Source: Octopus bimaculoides
Taxonomy: Eukaryota
Length of the DNA stretch: 51,209 nt
Direction of reading: 5' to 3'
Assembly (NCBI RefSeq): GCF_001194135.2
Contig: NC_068988.1
Coordinates: 878,972-930,180 of the forward strand
Below the pieces are notes generated by a model. It was not told where the DNA came from and did not search any database. It saw nothing but the letters and a program-made list of their open reading frames with translations. Every line of letters starts with the position of its first letter. Within the stretch, counting starts at the first letter, position 1. This document shows positions 1 to 12,245 of the stretch, in pieces. Position numbers and translations under genes: made by a program.

Positions 1-57
<57 letters not shown>

Positions 58-70
58 TATTTATATATAT
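1..70. repeat. (AT)n microsatellite
   Basis: Direct reading. Confidence 0.95.
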
Positions 71-154
71 ACATATATTTACACACACACACATAGACTC
101 ATACATATATACACACATATATGTATATATATAAACTTACATAGATATATTTAT

Positions 155-360
155 ATCTTTTATTTGTTCCAGTTGTTGAACTGTGGCCAAGCTGGGGCAC
201 TGCTTTGAAAGATTCTAGCTGACCAAATTGACCCCAGAACTCTTTTTAAGTCTGGTACTTGTCCTGTCTGTCTCTTTTGCCAAAGTTTCTAAGCTATGGA
301 GATGTAAACAAACACACACCGGTTGTCCAATTGTGGTGGGAGACAAACACAAAGACACAC
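155..360 (-). mobile_element. SINE 3' module (type B here: ...ggcggtgctccagcatggcc...tgactgaaacaagtaaaag)
   Basis: Matches copies at 4745, 16450, 26385, 32545 and 42770. Confidence 0.75.
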
Positions 361-409
361 ATGTACTTCTATACATATATTCATGCATGCGTTTGTGAGT
401 ATTAAGTAT

Positions 410-835
410 ATACCATCAACATCATCATCAACATTTCTATGTCCCCTTTCCATGCTAGCATGATTTGAACATTTGAACAGGACCCAAGAAGTCCAGCGTC
501 TACTTTGGCAGAGTTTCTACAGCTGGATGCCCTTCCTAACGCCAACCACACTCTTCAAATATATATATCTGTTGTGCTCATCATCGTCATCATCATCATT
601 TCATGTCAATTATTCCATACTGGCAAGCGTTAAGATGGTTTGAAAGGATCCAAGGAGCTGCAGGACAGTGTCGGCCTCAGCTTTGATATGGTTTTCTACA
701 ACTGGATGCCCTTCTTAACACCAACTACTTTACAATGTGTGCCGAGTGCTTTTTTTACACATTTAACACTTGTTACGTTTACTATTCCCTTGCTGAGCCC
801 TGTGAAAAAGGGGCATGTAGCAGGGGCAAGGGGCA
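410..835 (-). mobile_element. Two SINE 3' modules (type E here: ggttggcgttaggaagggcatccagc...(GAT)n tail)
   Basis: Conserved ctggatgcccttcctaacgccaaccac core and (CAT)n tail, found many times in the window. Confidence 0.7.
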
Positions 836-903
836 GAAGGGACTAAATATATGTTTGAAGCTTGTTTGTATCTCAATTCAAACACAAGTGAAACATTACT
901 TAC

Positions 904-1029
904 TTTTGGAGGCTGGACAAATTCTTCTTGGCGGGTCTCCGTATAAAAAAGGTACCAGATAAGCACCCATATGAAACCTAGGGAGCCAAAGGAATAAAAC
1001 ATCCATGGCCAATGTAAGTGGGGACAAAC
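904..1029 (-). CDS. SLC17-family transporter coding exon 4
   Basis: Acceptor TTTTCAAG|GTT, donor AAA|GTAAGT; encodes VCPHLHWPWMFYSFGSLGFIWVLIWYLFYTETRQEEFVQPPK (TM6). Confidence 0.92.
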
Positions 1030-3415
1030 CTTGAAAATAAAAACAAAAAAAAAAATGAGTTTAACCAACAAATACCGAGAAATTCTGGTTACATTATAAT
1101 CTAGGGTTTTTGTTCAACTTTAGTAGATTAGCAGAACAAAGCTGACACACTCCGCACTTTCCAAGGATTTTGCTTTGATCGTTTTTACTACAAATACACA
1201 CAAACATAACAGCAACAGAGAAGAATAAAGAACAGTGACATCACGGCAGCTGCTTCACCATTTTCCCACTCCTCAAAACGAACCTCCAAGCACATTCTTA
1301 AAAACAATGTCTTTGAAAGTATTGTAATAAACCCTTTCAAATCATGAAAATCACCAGCCAGGTGCTCTTCCTCTTTTCAGGGGTCAGCTTGCCAAACATA
1401 TTACAGTGTGTACTTGGTGCCCTTTTCATGACACTAACACTAGTGGGGTCACAAAGTATGAGAAAAGAAAAGATACAACTGAACGATATAACAGACAACT
1501 TACACAATACTTTTTTTTATTTTTTTTATTTTTAGAGTGAAAGCGTTTTACTGTTTCCAGAATTCAATAAACTTATGATCACAACAAACACTGATCCGTT
1601 AGGTTTAGGACCACCAAGTGTTCGACTGATAACTGAAACATGTGAATTTTCTGGGTTAACACCGACTATTTAGAGCTGTGGTTCTCAACCGAGGTCCATA
1701 GAATATCTTGTTGTTAAAATTTATCTGCAATAAATTGGTCATACTTCGACATACACAAAATATTTTAATAATTTTTTTTAATACAATTCCTAATAATATT
1801 TAATTATAGAAAAATAATAGGAATTTTTAATCCTTGACAGGCTAAGGGGATCCATCTGAGTAAAATAAGAAAGGGGTCCATCATCATCATCATCATCGTT
1901 TAACATTCATTTTGGATGTTAAACGATGGCATGGGTTGGACAGTTTGACTGAGGTCTGGCAAACCAGGAGGCTGCACGAGGCTCCAATCTGATCTGGCAA
2001 GGTTTCTACAGATGTATGGCCTTCCTAATGCCAACCACTCCAAGAGTGTAGTGGGTGCTTTTTACATACCACTGGCACAGGAGACAGTCAGGCAGGCTTG
2101 GCATTGATCACGTTCGGATAGTACTTTTTACGTGCCACTGGCACAGGGGCCAGTAAGGGGGTACTGGCAGTGACCACGTTTGGTTGGTGCTTTTTACGTG
2201 CCACTTACACAGGAGCCAGTCAGGCGGACATAGGTGGGAAATGGTCGAGAACCACAGATGTAGAGCAACACAACAGTATGCGTTCCTTTATCACCTTCAA
2301 TAACAAATGTAAAGGTGTAACAATATCGTTAGCCTCCATCATTCAAAAAGAAAATACAGAAAACAAATTGGAAATGCTTTAAACGCCAAGCAAGACTTAC
2401 AAGAGCAGCAACTGTTTGACCAATAGAACCACAGGCTACAAGATAAGCAAAAGCTCGAGATCTTTCTTCTACTGGTATTGTATGAGCAAATATATGAAAA
2501 ACTGTTGGTAAACCTGTTAAGAAATTTTTTAAATGGGTAAGAAGTTACAATTTTCAAAGGTCAATGAAATATTATGTTACAAAAATGTTATTTAATAATT
2601 ATATAAAAAATGTATCTGGATCTATCTCATCATTGTCATCATTTTAGCATTCATTTTCCCATGCTTGTTTGGGTCGAGCAGTTTACTGAGGCAGATTTTC
2701 TACAACTGGATGCCCTTCTTGTCACCAGCCCTCACCTGTTTCCATGTAAGCTCATATTTTTCATGACCAGACATGTTTCACAGAATATTAGAAACGAATG
2801 TCACTGTTTGTATGACAGTGACATTCATTTACAACCATTATGCTGTCTCTAGTCACTCACGTCCAATGTACCCATGTAATTATAAATAATGAATTTCCAG
2901 AGAATGTATCTCATGTACAATTCCCATTAAGCTGTGCATGGCTGCACACACACACACACACTTGCAGTGAGAATACAAAAGAAATTAATGAGTGCACAAT
3001 GGATTAATATGCACACAAAGCATTAGTTGCCTAAAATAGCAAAGTAATTAACAATTATCCTCATTATATTTAGTCTGCTTATACTTTTATCATAGGACAA
3101 AAAAAATTGCACACACTGACTGACTACCAAAACCTAAAGGAACCATGTCTTGTGTACTTCTCAAAGGTTTTTAGCTATCACTCTTTTCCTTTTACTAATA
3201 CAATGCACCCATGGCGATGGGGTGTTTCTTTCAGGTTTTGTCAACCAAATTCACTGACAAGACTTTGGTCAGCCAGAGGCTACAATCAGAAACAATTGCT
3301 CCAGCTAGTCCATGTTAACATTCCAATACAGAAAGTCTCTTTTTTGTTTTTCAAAAATATATTTCATTTCAGGTTCTTTGCTAAAAAGAAACTGAAAGAA
3401 GCCTGTCATGTGTGC

Positions 3416-3452
<37 letters not shown>

Positions 3453-4634
3453 NNNNNNNNNNGTGTGCACATGTGTGTGTGTGTGTGTGTGTGTGTGCAT
3501 GGTTGTTCACATTTGCACTTCAAAAAACATGAGCTACAAGCAGTATTATTGTTATTGTAATTCCTTCTGTCTATAAATCATCTGCTGCCTTCAGGATGTG
3601 TGAAATAAAAGATCCCACATTTGAAAAACAAGTAAAGGTTAGTAACAGGAAAGGCACCTAGCTGTAAAACATTACCTCAATAATATAGCCATCTAACCCA
3701 TACTAGCAAGGAAAAACAGACATAAAACAAACTATCATTGAAATGTTCCAATTTAATATTATTTAATACAAAGTCTTTGAGAACATATTTGATAGAACAA
3801 CAGAATTTTTTTCTTTAGACTTTAAATGTTCCAATGGTCAGTTTGCTTGGACTGATGTTAAAGTTTACAAGCATTTGTCCAACACAAAAATGTTACACTG
3901 CAATGACAGAACTAAAAGCATAAATTGATAAGTAGCATTAAAATCGGCAACAATTCTTTAACAAGAATTCTTTAAAAAACATATAATGGAAAAATATTCT
4001 GAAGTATCAAAAAAATGTCTGGAACAGAAATGAATTTTCAAATCGAGGTGACCTCATGCAGTTTGGATATAAAACAGTGGTACATGAATGAGTGATTCAT
4101 TGTCTTGTTATAATATTCATGTCTAACTATTAGCAAAGGTCAACAACTGAAATGATTTCAACTTCACACACAATAGCTGTCTGGGACAACTTTGATCAAA
4201 TTTCTGGGTCAGATTCAACAGTTTCGATATTTTTTCCATTTTCTGTTTTGTTTTTTTTTTATCTCCTGTGCTGACCTACAAAATAAGTGACATCAGACGA
4301 AGATTATAGACTGACAAATCTGAAATGATCAGTCAGTTGGAAGTTAGAGCAAAGATCCATCCTTTATCATACTAAAGTACTAAAAGCAGAAATAACGAAC
4401 TCACTAGAATCCAGTCAATACCATCATCATCATCATCAACATTCATTTTTCCATGCTTGCATCATGGATCGAACAGAGTTTATCGAAACAGATTTTCAAA
4501 AGCTGGATGCCTTTCCTGCTGCCAACCTTCACCTGTTTTCCAAGTAAGGAAATATTTCCCCATGGACCATGCAATATGAAGACAAAGAGACACAAAACAT
4601 AAACATGCTCACATATATATACATACATACATAC

Positions 4635-4710
<76 letters not shown>

Positions 4711-4993
4711 ATGTATGTATGTATGTATATATATGTATGTATATTCTTCTATTCTTTTACTTGTTTCAGTCATTTGACTGCAGCCATACTGGAGCACTGC
4801 CTTTAGCCAAACGAATTGACCTAAGGACTTACTCTTTGTAAGCTTAGTACTTATTCTATTGGTCTCTTTTGCCAAACTGCTAAGTTACAGATATATAAAC
4901 ACACCAGCATCAGTTGTCAAGTGATGGTAGGGGGGGGACAAACACAGACACACAAATATAGGGTGATATAGGTATATATGTAGATGTATGTGT

Positions 4994-5056
<63 letters not shown>

Positions 5057-6785
5057 CATGACAGGCTTCTTTCAGTTTCCGTCAACCAAATCCACTCACA
5101 AGGCTTTGGTCAGCCCCAGGCTATAGTAGAAGACATTTGCCCAACGTGCTACACAGTGGGACTGAATCCGGAACCCTGTGGTTGGAAAGCTAGCTTCTTA
5201 CCACACAGCCACAGACAGACATATAGATAGATAGATATAGATTATCGTTTATCTTTTACTTGTTTCAATCATTCAATTGTGACCATGCTGGGGCACTGCC
5301 TTGAAAATATGTATGAAATATTGCCAAGTATCTAAATATAGCCAGTATAAAGCAGTAATTGCTGAGTTTAGTTTGTAAACATCCAAATTAAATTACTTTC
5401 AAAGTAATCAATATGACCCCCGTGAACATGACAGAGTGGAGGTTAAAACAACAGACCTTACAGTTAGACTTTCTACTTCGAAATTAAAATTTACATTACA
5501 ACACTCGTTTCACAAACACAACATTACAATGAAATACCAAAGGAAATCGTTTTGAAACAATGGTTTTTCAGACAACAACAGCCATTCAAATTTATTTTAC
5601 AAATGTTAAAGTCTAAAGAGAAAAAAAAAAAAATTCTGTTGTTGAGTAAACTACATTCTGAAAGACTTTGTATGAAAGAATATGGAGAAAAAATATTAAA
5701 CTTGTAATGAAATACATTGGAAAATATGAAACTGTAGAAATATTTTAAAATCAATTTACCTAACCCTTCACCTAATCCAAGAAGAACTCTGGATATCAAA
5801 AGAGCATTAATAGAATGAGCAAAAAATGGAACCATAAAGGTTGAAAGGGACCATAGAAAGACTGCCATTGCAAGAACTGATTTTCCGCCATATTTTCGGG
5901 CTGCACTCCCGCCAATTACCTGAGGAGAAAGAAATGAAGTTAGTAACATGAGCATCATTATCATCATCATATGTCGACATCAATTTGACAAATATATAGA
6001 CAGGGATACATACAGAATATGATAAGCCTTTCTATTATAGGCACAAGGCCTGAAATTTTTGTGAGAAGGAGACTTATTGATTTCATTGCTCCTTAGCACT
6101 TGACTGGTATTTCGTTCATCAACCCCTAAAGGATGAAAGGCAGTGTTGACCTCAGCAGGATTTGAACTCAGAATGTAAAGATAAACAAAATGCATAACAG
6201 CATTCTGTTTTTTCCAACAACATTATCTTCCTAGGGCTAAATAGCAGTGGCATTCTTCCCTTTCATGGGACTGTCACATTAAGTTGACAACATACCATCA
6301 CTTTAATATGAAGTCAGTTATAAATATATATATANNNNNNNNNNNNNNNNNNNNNNNNNNNNNNNNNNNNNNNNNNNNNNNNNNNNNNNNNNNNNNNNNN
6401 NNNNNNNNNNNNNNNNNNNNNNNNNNNNNNNNNNNNNNNNNNNNNNNNNNNNNNNNNNNNNNNNNNNNNNNNNNNNNNNNNNNNNNNNNNNNNNNNNNNN
6501 NNNNNNNNNNNNNNNNNNNNNNNNNNNNNNNNNNNNNNNNNNNNNNNNNNNNNNNNNNNNNNNNNNNNNNNNNNNNNNNNNNNNNNNNNNNNNNNNNNNN
6601 NNNNNNNNNNNNNNNNNNNNNNNNNNNNNNNNNNNNNNNNNNNNNNNNNNNNNNNNNNNNNNNNNNNNNNNNNNNNNNNNNNNNNNNNNNNNNNNNNNNN
6701 NNNNNNNNNNNNNNNNNNNNNNNNNNNNNNNNNNNNNNNNNNNNNNNNNNNNNNNNNNNNNNNNNNNNNNNNNNNNNNNNNNNNN

Positions 6786-6820
<35 letters not shown>

Positions 6821-7797
6821 CATCAACAATATCAAATCAATTATCATCATCCAGTTAGGAGACATACCCACACCCATACAACTCCTCCCCACAGGATGCC
6901 CCCTCCCCAATCAAGCGATGTGGATTGGGTTTTAGTTGCACTGGTCTTTTAACTGGCTAAACTATCTCCTTTGCACACACCACAACTACAAACAACGGCA
7001 GCTGTTTGCTCCCTGAACTGGATCTTGATCTTAGCCATTGATTGTTGTCTGTTCGTCCACTCAACATCTGATCAATGATATTCACCATTGATTCAATCAA
7101 TAAGTCCACTTGCTGAAATAGTTCACACATCCACCCGATTGCACCCTGTGATCTTCGATCTACCCTGTCTCAGGGGTTTACATGTAACTGGGGATCCTGT
7201 CAGGTGCTACTTCTCCAGGTCAAAGCAGACCTGAGAACAGTGGTAGCTAAGGAGTGGTTCCACTCTCTCAAAACTCTGAAACTCCGAAGACAGGGTCCCA
7301 TAACCAGATGCAGTTTAAAGTTGTACCCAATTATAAAGGTATATAAACGTTTCTAATTTAGGTACACGTCCAGCAACTTTGAGGTGAGCAGAGAGTGAAT
7401 CACTACCATCAAGTCCAGTACTTGACTGGTACTTTATAAAGTTGACCCTGGCAAGGTTTGAACTCGGAATGCAAAGCACAGGAACAAATCCTGCAAAGTT
7501 GTTTTTCAAACACTCTAATGCTTCTTCTGCCACCTCTCCACCCTTATAAAGACGTAGAGTAAATGTAATTTCAGTCGCTGTTTTACATGCAACAACAATG
7601 AGAAAGATTTCAATACTCACTTGACTGCTCATATATCCAACAGCAAATGAACTGAGCACCCATCCCTGATTGTGAAGATCCAGTTTGTACTGGTCGGCAA
7701 TAGAGATGATAGCTATTGGCATGATCACACGGTCGGCAGAGTTGACAAAGTTCGCAATCGAACATAATACAATAGTTTTAGATGCTTTAGTGACCAT
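904..7797 (-). CDS. SLC17/ACS-family MFS anion transporter (SLC17A9-like / PHT4-like), partial; coding exons 7621-7797, 5760-5919, 2401-2513, 904-1029; gene continues beyond the left edge
   Basis: Four GT-AG exons join in phase (0,1,0,0; 177+160+113+126=576 nt) to give 192 aa: MVTKASKTIVLCSIANFVNSADRVIMPIAI...QGWVLSSFAVGYMSSQ|VIGGSAARKYGGKSVL...SRVLLGLGEGL|GLPTVFHIFAHTIPVEERSRAFAYL...|VCPHLHWPWMFYSFGSLGFIW...PPK. This is TM1-TM6 of the SLC17 fold. Confidence 0.93.
1675..1862. mobile_element. hAT/Charlie-like MITE remnant
   Basis: Starts gtggttctcaaccgaggtcc, resembling CAGTGGTTCTCAAC-type TIRs; related element at 31151-31540. Confidence 0.4.
1880..2240 (-). mobile_element. SINE type E module with three internal tandem subunits
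   Basis: (CAT)n tail, E core, then repeated ttttta(c/t)gtgccactggcac units. Confidence 0.75.
2401..2513 (-). CDS. SLC17-family transporter coding exon 3 (not shown in this frame in the ORF track)
   Basis: Acceptor TTTCTTAACAG|GT, donor CTT|GTAAGT; hand translation gives (G)LPTVFHIFAHTIPVEERSRAFAYLVACGSIGQTVAAL, containing the ACS-family P-x-x-ERSR motif. Confidence 0.93.
4620..4745. repeat. Compound (AT)/(GT)/(ATGT) microsatellite
   Basis: Direct reading. Confidence 0.9.
4745..5210 (-). mobile_element. Composite SINE: tRNA-like head (5061-5210) + (AT)n + type B tail (4745-4960)
   Basis: On the minus strand the head reads tggctgtgtggtaagaag...ggttccggattcagtccc (A/B box-like); the modules are co-oriented around the microsatellite. 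Confidence 0.75.
5760..5919 (-). CDS. SLC17-family transporter coding exon 2
   Basis: Acceptor TTTCTCCTCAG|GTA, donor G|GTAAAT; encodes VIGGSAARKYGGK (MFS motif A-like) through SRVLLGLGEGL. Confidence 0.93.
6030..6200 (-). mobile_element. tRNA-headed SINE (type C here)
   Basis: aggcacaaggcc...aaaggatgaaaggca...atttgaactcagaa; matches more than 10 copies in the window. Confidence 0.75.
7621..7797 (-). CDS. SLC17-family transporter coding exon 1 (59 codons)
   Basis: ATG at 7797 with in-frame TAG 5 codons upstream; ends CAA|GTGAGT; encodes TM1 (NSADRVIMPIA) and TM2 (GWVLSSFAVGYMSSQ). Confidence 0.92.
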
Positions 7798-7956
7798 AAT
7801 CCACAGCAGCTAGTGCCTGTTACACGGCTGGCACCGATGGAAGCTGGCCAAAAAAATGAGACTCAGAAGAAAGACTGTACAAACAGCAATGTTCTGAAAT
7901 GGCAGAATCTGCCACTAGAGGGTCACCGTTTTTCCATTTTTGGTAATATCATTTCT
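7798..7956 (-). other. Probable 5'UTR part of the ATG-containing exon, preceded by a splice acceptor
   Basis: Minus strand ATTTATTTGTTTTTCAG|AGAAATG at 7957; all three frames are closed between the acceptor and the ATG. Confidence 0.55.
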
Positions 7957-8399
7957 CTGAAAAACAAATAAATTATTTTAAATGTTTTATCAAAATAGTA
8001 ACAACAAATAAAATTCATAGCAAAACAATCATTTGTTATCTATATATCACTTCAAAATTTTACTTTAAAAAAAAACACTTTTACCACTGGAAATATATTT
8101 AAAAACTATCTTTTTTAAGGAAAATCAGAATTACTTTCTTGTTTTCAAATCTAACTTAAAAACACATTCTCTAACAAGAAAACACAGCCACAACTTTTTG
8201 TTATTCACTCTCCACCTTTATTTTTCTTCTCTGCATTTTTTTCTGATGAAGGACTAGTGTCCAAAATCTCATGACTCCTTCTCTTCTTTTAAGCTTTAAA
8301 CTAATCACCACATATCCACCACCACCCCACCGGGGTTGTCTTCTTTCTTTCTCCTGTTCATTGCTTCCAACACACACACACAATTCCACTTTGCCACAA

Positions 8400-8700
8400 C
8401 AGTATTTTTTGTTGCAAATAGATTTTTAAAACGAAGAATTCAGTAAAATATCTTTGTCCTTAATTAAGCTGATGTTTGAAATAGATTAACGTGAAACTTT
8501 GACGGCAGGTTTTAATTAAAATGACTTTAACCTTTTAGTTACTGTGGTGATGATGATGATGGTTTCTGTTGAAATACACTAACTTTGCTTTAAATAATTT
8601 TGAAAATAACAAAGAATTATTGATGGCAGGTTTTAATTTAGATCACATTAAAACAGGGAGTTTGTATCATGGAACCAGAGACAGTCTTAAAAGGGGTTTT
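8400..8700. mobile_element. piggyBac-like MITE family copies (tttgaaaataatgaagaatttagtaaaataactttg core)
   Basis: Shared core with 9840-10140, 11815-12245, 15330-15480, 20420-21003, 23322-23539 and 33895-34130. Confidence 0.6.
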
Positions 8701-9839
8701 CTTTTCATAAATCCAGTTGGACCTTCTTACTCTCTGCATTTCAATCGGAATTCAAAGTCCAAACGAGCAAACAACATTTTTATTCTCTGCTTTATTTCTA
8801 TATCCTCCTCCACAAAAACGTTCCCTGATACTAATTACTTTAGATAAACTCACCTCATTTATTCATGTTCACAACTGTATCATGTTACAACTCCTTTACT
8901 CTCTCAAAAGGCAACCATTGAAAGAGCCATAAAAAAGAAGCCTCTACATAGACACTTTGATCTGCTAGAAATAGTAACCAAATCTATCATAAATCACTTT
9001 GTACTGCTTTAAATAAAAAAAAAAAAAAAAGAATACATCGGACAGTGTAGATCCTTATACAGAAAAAAAGAAAAAAAACCAAAACGATCTCANNNNNNNN
9101 NNAAACCAAAACGATCTCAATTGGATATCTTTCATCCTAAGTCTGTTCAAACACGGTTCACCTTGGGTTAATCAACAACAAAAGCAGACTCTCTAAGATG
9201 ACTACTATTTTTATCAAACTATGCATCATCATCATCATCATCATTTAACGTCCGTTGTCCATGCTGGTATGGATTGGACAGTTTGACTGGGGCTAACAAG
9301 CTGGAAGGCTGCACCAGACTCTAGTCTGATTTGGCATGGTTTTCTTCAGCTGGATGGCCTTCTTAATGCCAACCACTCCAAGAGTGTAATGGGTGCTTTT
9401 ATGTGTTCCTCAATAAATATAGGAGTATACCAATGAGTATCCTAACTCTAAAAATACCACTCTAAGATCTCGCTGATCACCGCCAAACCATATCCTTGTC
9501 CTTTTCTCACAGGTTCTCTTTTCTTTTCTTCTTTTTTTTTAAACAATTGTAAAAAGCACCCATACTGGCACCACATACAAAGCAGCCATGCTGGGGCCAC
9601 ATACAAAGCAGCCAGTACACTCTGTAAAACGGTTAGTGTTAGGAAGGGCATCCAGCCATAGAAGGTATGCTAGGACAGTTTGGAGCCTGGTGCAGGTCTC
9701 TGGCTGGCCAGCTCCTTGTCAAACCAGTGTGGAAAAAAAGGATGTTAAATGATGCTGATGACAACTATCACCTTCTCTATATCTTCTGATATTTATACAA
9801 ACTCAATAAGCTTTTAACTTCATTCTATCACCATATATG

Positions 9840-10140
9840 TCAACCCTTTTGGTGCCAAAACTGATTGATTCTACTCCTTGTTTCAGGTGGTTAAAGTGAT
9901 CTAAATTAAAAACCTTCCAACATGTCAATTTATGTTCCATGTTAATTTATGTTCCAAATACCATGTTAATTTGTGTTAATTTATATTCCAAACACCATGT
10001 TAATTTATGTTCCAAACAAATAGCTTAATAATAATGTCAAAGTTATTTTACTAAAATTCATCATTATTATTTTCAAAATTAATTGAAACAGAGGCAGCGT
10101 ATGTCTACAGAAATATGGTAACAAAAGATTACAATGCCAT
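9840..10140. mobile_element. piggyBac-like MITE copy with internal iterated duplications
   Basis: Begins tcaacccttttggtgcc; reverse copy of the MITE core. Confidence 0.6.
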
Positions 10141-10339
10141 GACCAACCACAAATGATCAACATAGCACTAAGTCCACTCTGCTGAGTGGTTGGTGTCAGG
10201 AAGGGCATCCAGCTGTAAAAATCCTGCCAAAACAGTCACAGAAGTCTGGTGCAGGCTTCTGCCTGGCTGGCTCTTGCGGTACCATCCCACCCATGCTAGC
10301 ATAGAAGGCAGACATTAAACAATAAAGATGATGATGATT

Positions 10340-10516
10340 TAACATCCATATTTCTATATTTGAATGGGTCAGACGGAATTAGTTGAGGGTGATTTTCTAT
10401 GGCCGAGTACCCTCGCTGTCACCCACCCTCATCTGTTTCCAAGCAAAAACAACAGTTTGTATACAGTGATACTCGTTATACAACCATTACATGATGTCAA
10501 AACAAGGGAACACACA

Positions 10517-10551
<35 letters not shown>

Positions 10552-10706
10552 AAGCTTCTTTCAGTTTCCATCTACCAAATCCATTCATAAGACTCTGGTC
10601 AGCCTGGGCCTATAATAAGTGACACTTGCCCAAGATACCACACAACAGGACTGAACCCCAGACCATATGGTTGAGAAATAAGATTCTTAACCACACAGCC
10701 ATGCCT
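10340..10706 (-). mobile_element. Composite SINE: tRNA-like head (10553-10706) + (AC)n + variant 3' module
   Basis: Same head as 5061-5210; co-oriented tail containing caccctcatctgtttccaag. Confidence 0.65.
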
Positions 10707-11814
10707 ATGTTTATCTTGGATTAAATTTACTTTTCACTCACTCAAAGCAAAGAAGTTAAAATAAACACAAAACTCAACAACATGTTCATGATGTAACTCT
10801 TCTAATTAATCTAACATCCATCCTCACTGCTCGTATGGCTAAGAATAGTCGTCTTCAAATATAAGGAAATATATGTGTTACATAGGATAATGTAGGAGTT
10901 AAATAGAATGGTGTATGTGTTATATAAACAAATAATTCACAATTGAACACATTTCCTACAACTAATGACTATTTTTAATCGCATTTTAATATTTTCTTAG
11001 AAAATTTTCTCACAGAATTCACAGCAATCTGAAGACATATGTTACTATTTAAAACAGAGCGTTATAGTTTGGCTGTGAACTTCACACACCATTTGATCAT
11101 AAAGGCACTATCCAAAAACTTCATGTAGAGCATCTTATACAAGTCATGATGGTTAGTTTCTGTAGTATATCCATATCATCATCATCATCATCATTTAACA
11201 TGGGTGGACAGAGGAGTGTGGGTGGTTAGAAGTCGTATAGGGGAGAGTAAGAGAGATGGTTAGGGATAGGGAATGGGTTAAGTGGGGGGGTATAACCTTT
11301 AGCAATGCATATATTCTTGCAATATATTGGAAAGGAATCATGGAGATTTTGTGCAGTGCATCTACAGTTCATCAGTACCGCAAGCTAATAAAATAATTTA
11401 ATAAAGTCCTTAATCTTACAGCAGATCTTCTCCCTTTTAAATCACCTATTTATACCTATGTTCAACAACAGTCCATTTAGAGCAGTGATTTTTATGGTCC
11501 TAAGTCAAATTTCTATCCTTATGATCCCATGTTTTGCCAATTCCTCTTTCATTTATCATCTAGTAATTTTTTTCATCATTATATTTTTACAGTGACAACT
11601 ATTGATACTGGTAGAATTTATGAAACTAAATTAATTTAATTATTGCAATCAAAAGAGTCAAAAACGAGAAATCTTATTTAAATGGACGATAAAACTTCTA
11701 TCTGATATGATATGAAATACATTATTGGGAAGAGGGGGGCCAAAAGCATTTTATTAAGGGTCAAAAGAAGAAGAAAATAGGGAGCAGTAATTAAATCCTT
11801 GCAACACAAAAATG

Positions 11815-12245
11815 TGATCTGTTGAAATACATTTTGTTTTGATAAACTTTGAAAATGATGAAGAATTCAATAAAATAACTTTGTCATAATTAATCCTTTT
11901 GGTACTAACTCACCTGGGACAGCCCCTGGTTTTATGATACAAATTTCCTATTTTAAAGTGATCTAAATTAAAATCTTCTGTCAAAATTTCATAATTTATG
12001 TAGCATTCACCAACTTAATAATGACCAAGTCATTTAAGTAAATTCTTCATTATTCTAAAAATTGATTGGAATGAAAACAGTATTTCAGCAGACAAATGCT
12101 AGTGACAGAGTGAAAGTGTCATTGGGGACATAAATTAGCACGAAGTTCTGATGAAAAGTTTTAACTGAGATCAGTTTAAAACAGGAAGTTTGTATCCTAA
12201 AACGAAGGGTGATCTCGGACAGCTTGGTTCAAAAGTGTTAAAATG
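11815..12245. mobile_element. Two adjacent piggyBac-like MITE copies in opposite orientation
   Basis: MITE core forward near 11850 and reversed near 11950-12100; right end caaaagtgttaa. Confidence 0.55.

Noticed and set aside
9076-9122. Exact duplicate aaaccaaaacgatctca on both sides of a 10-N gap (similar case at 3410-3480)
   Set aside because: Typical contig-overlap artefact at a scaffold gap
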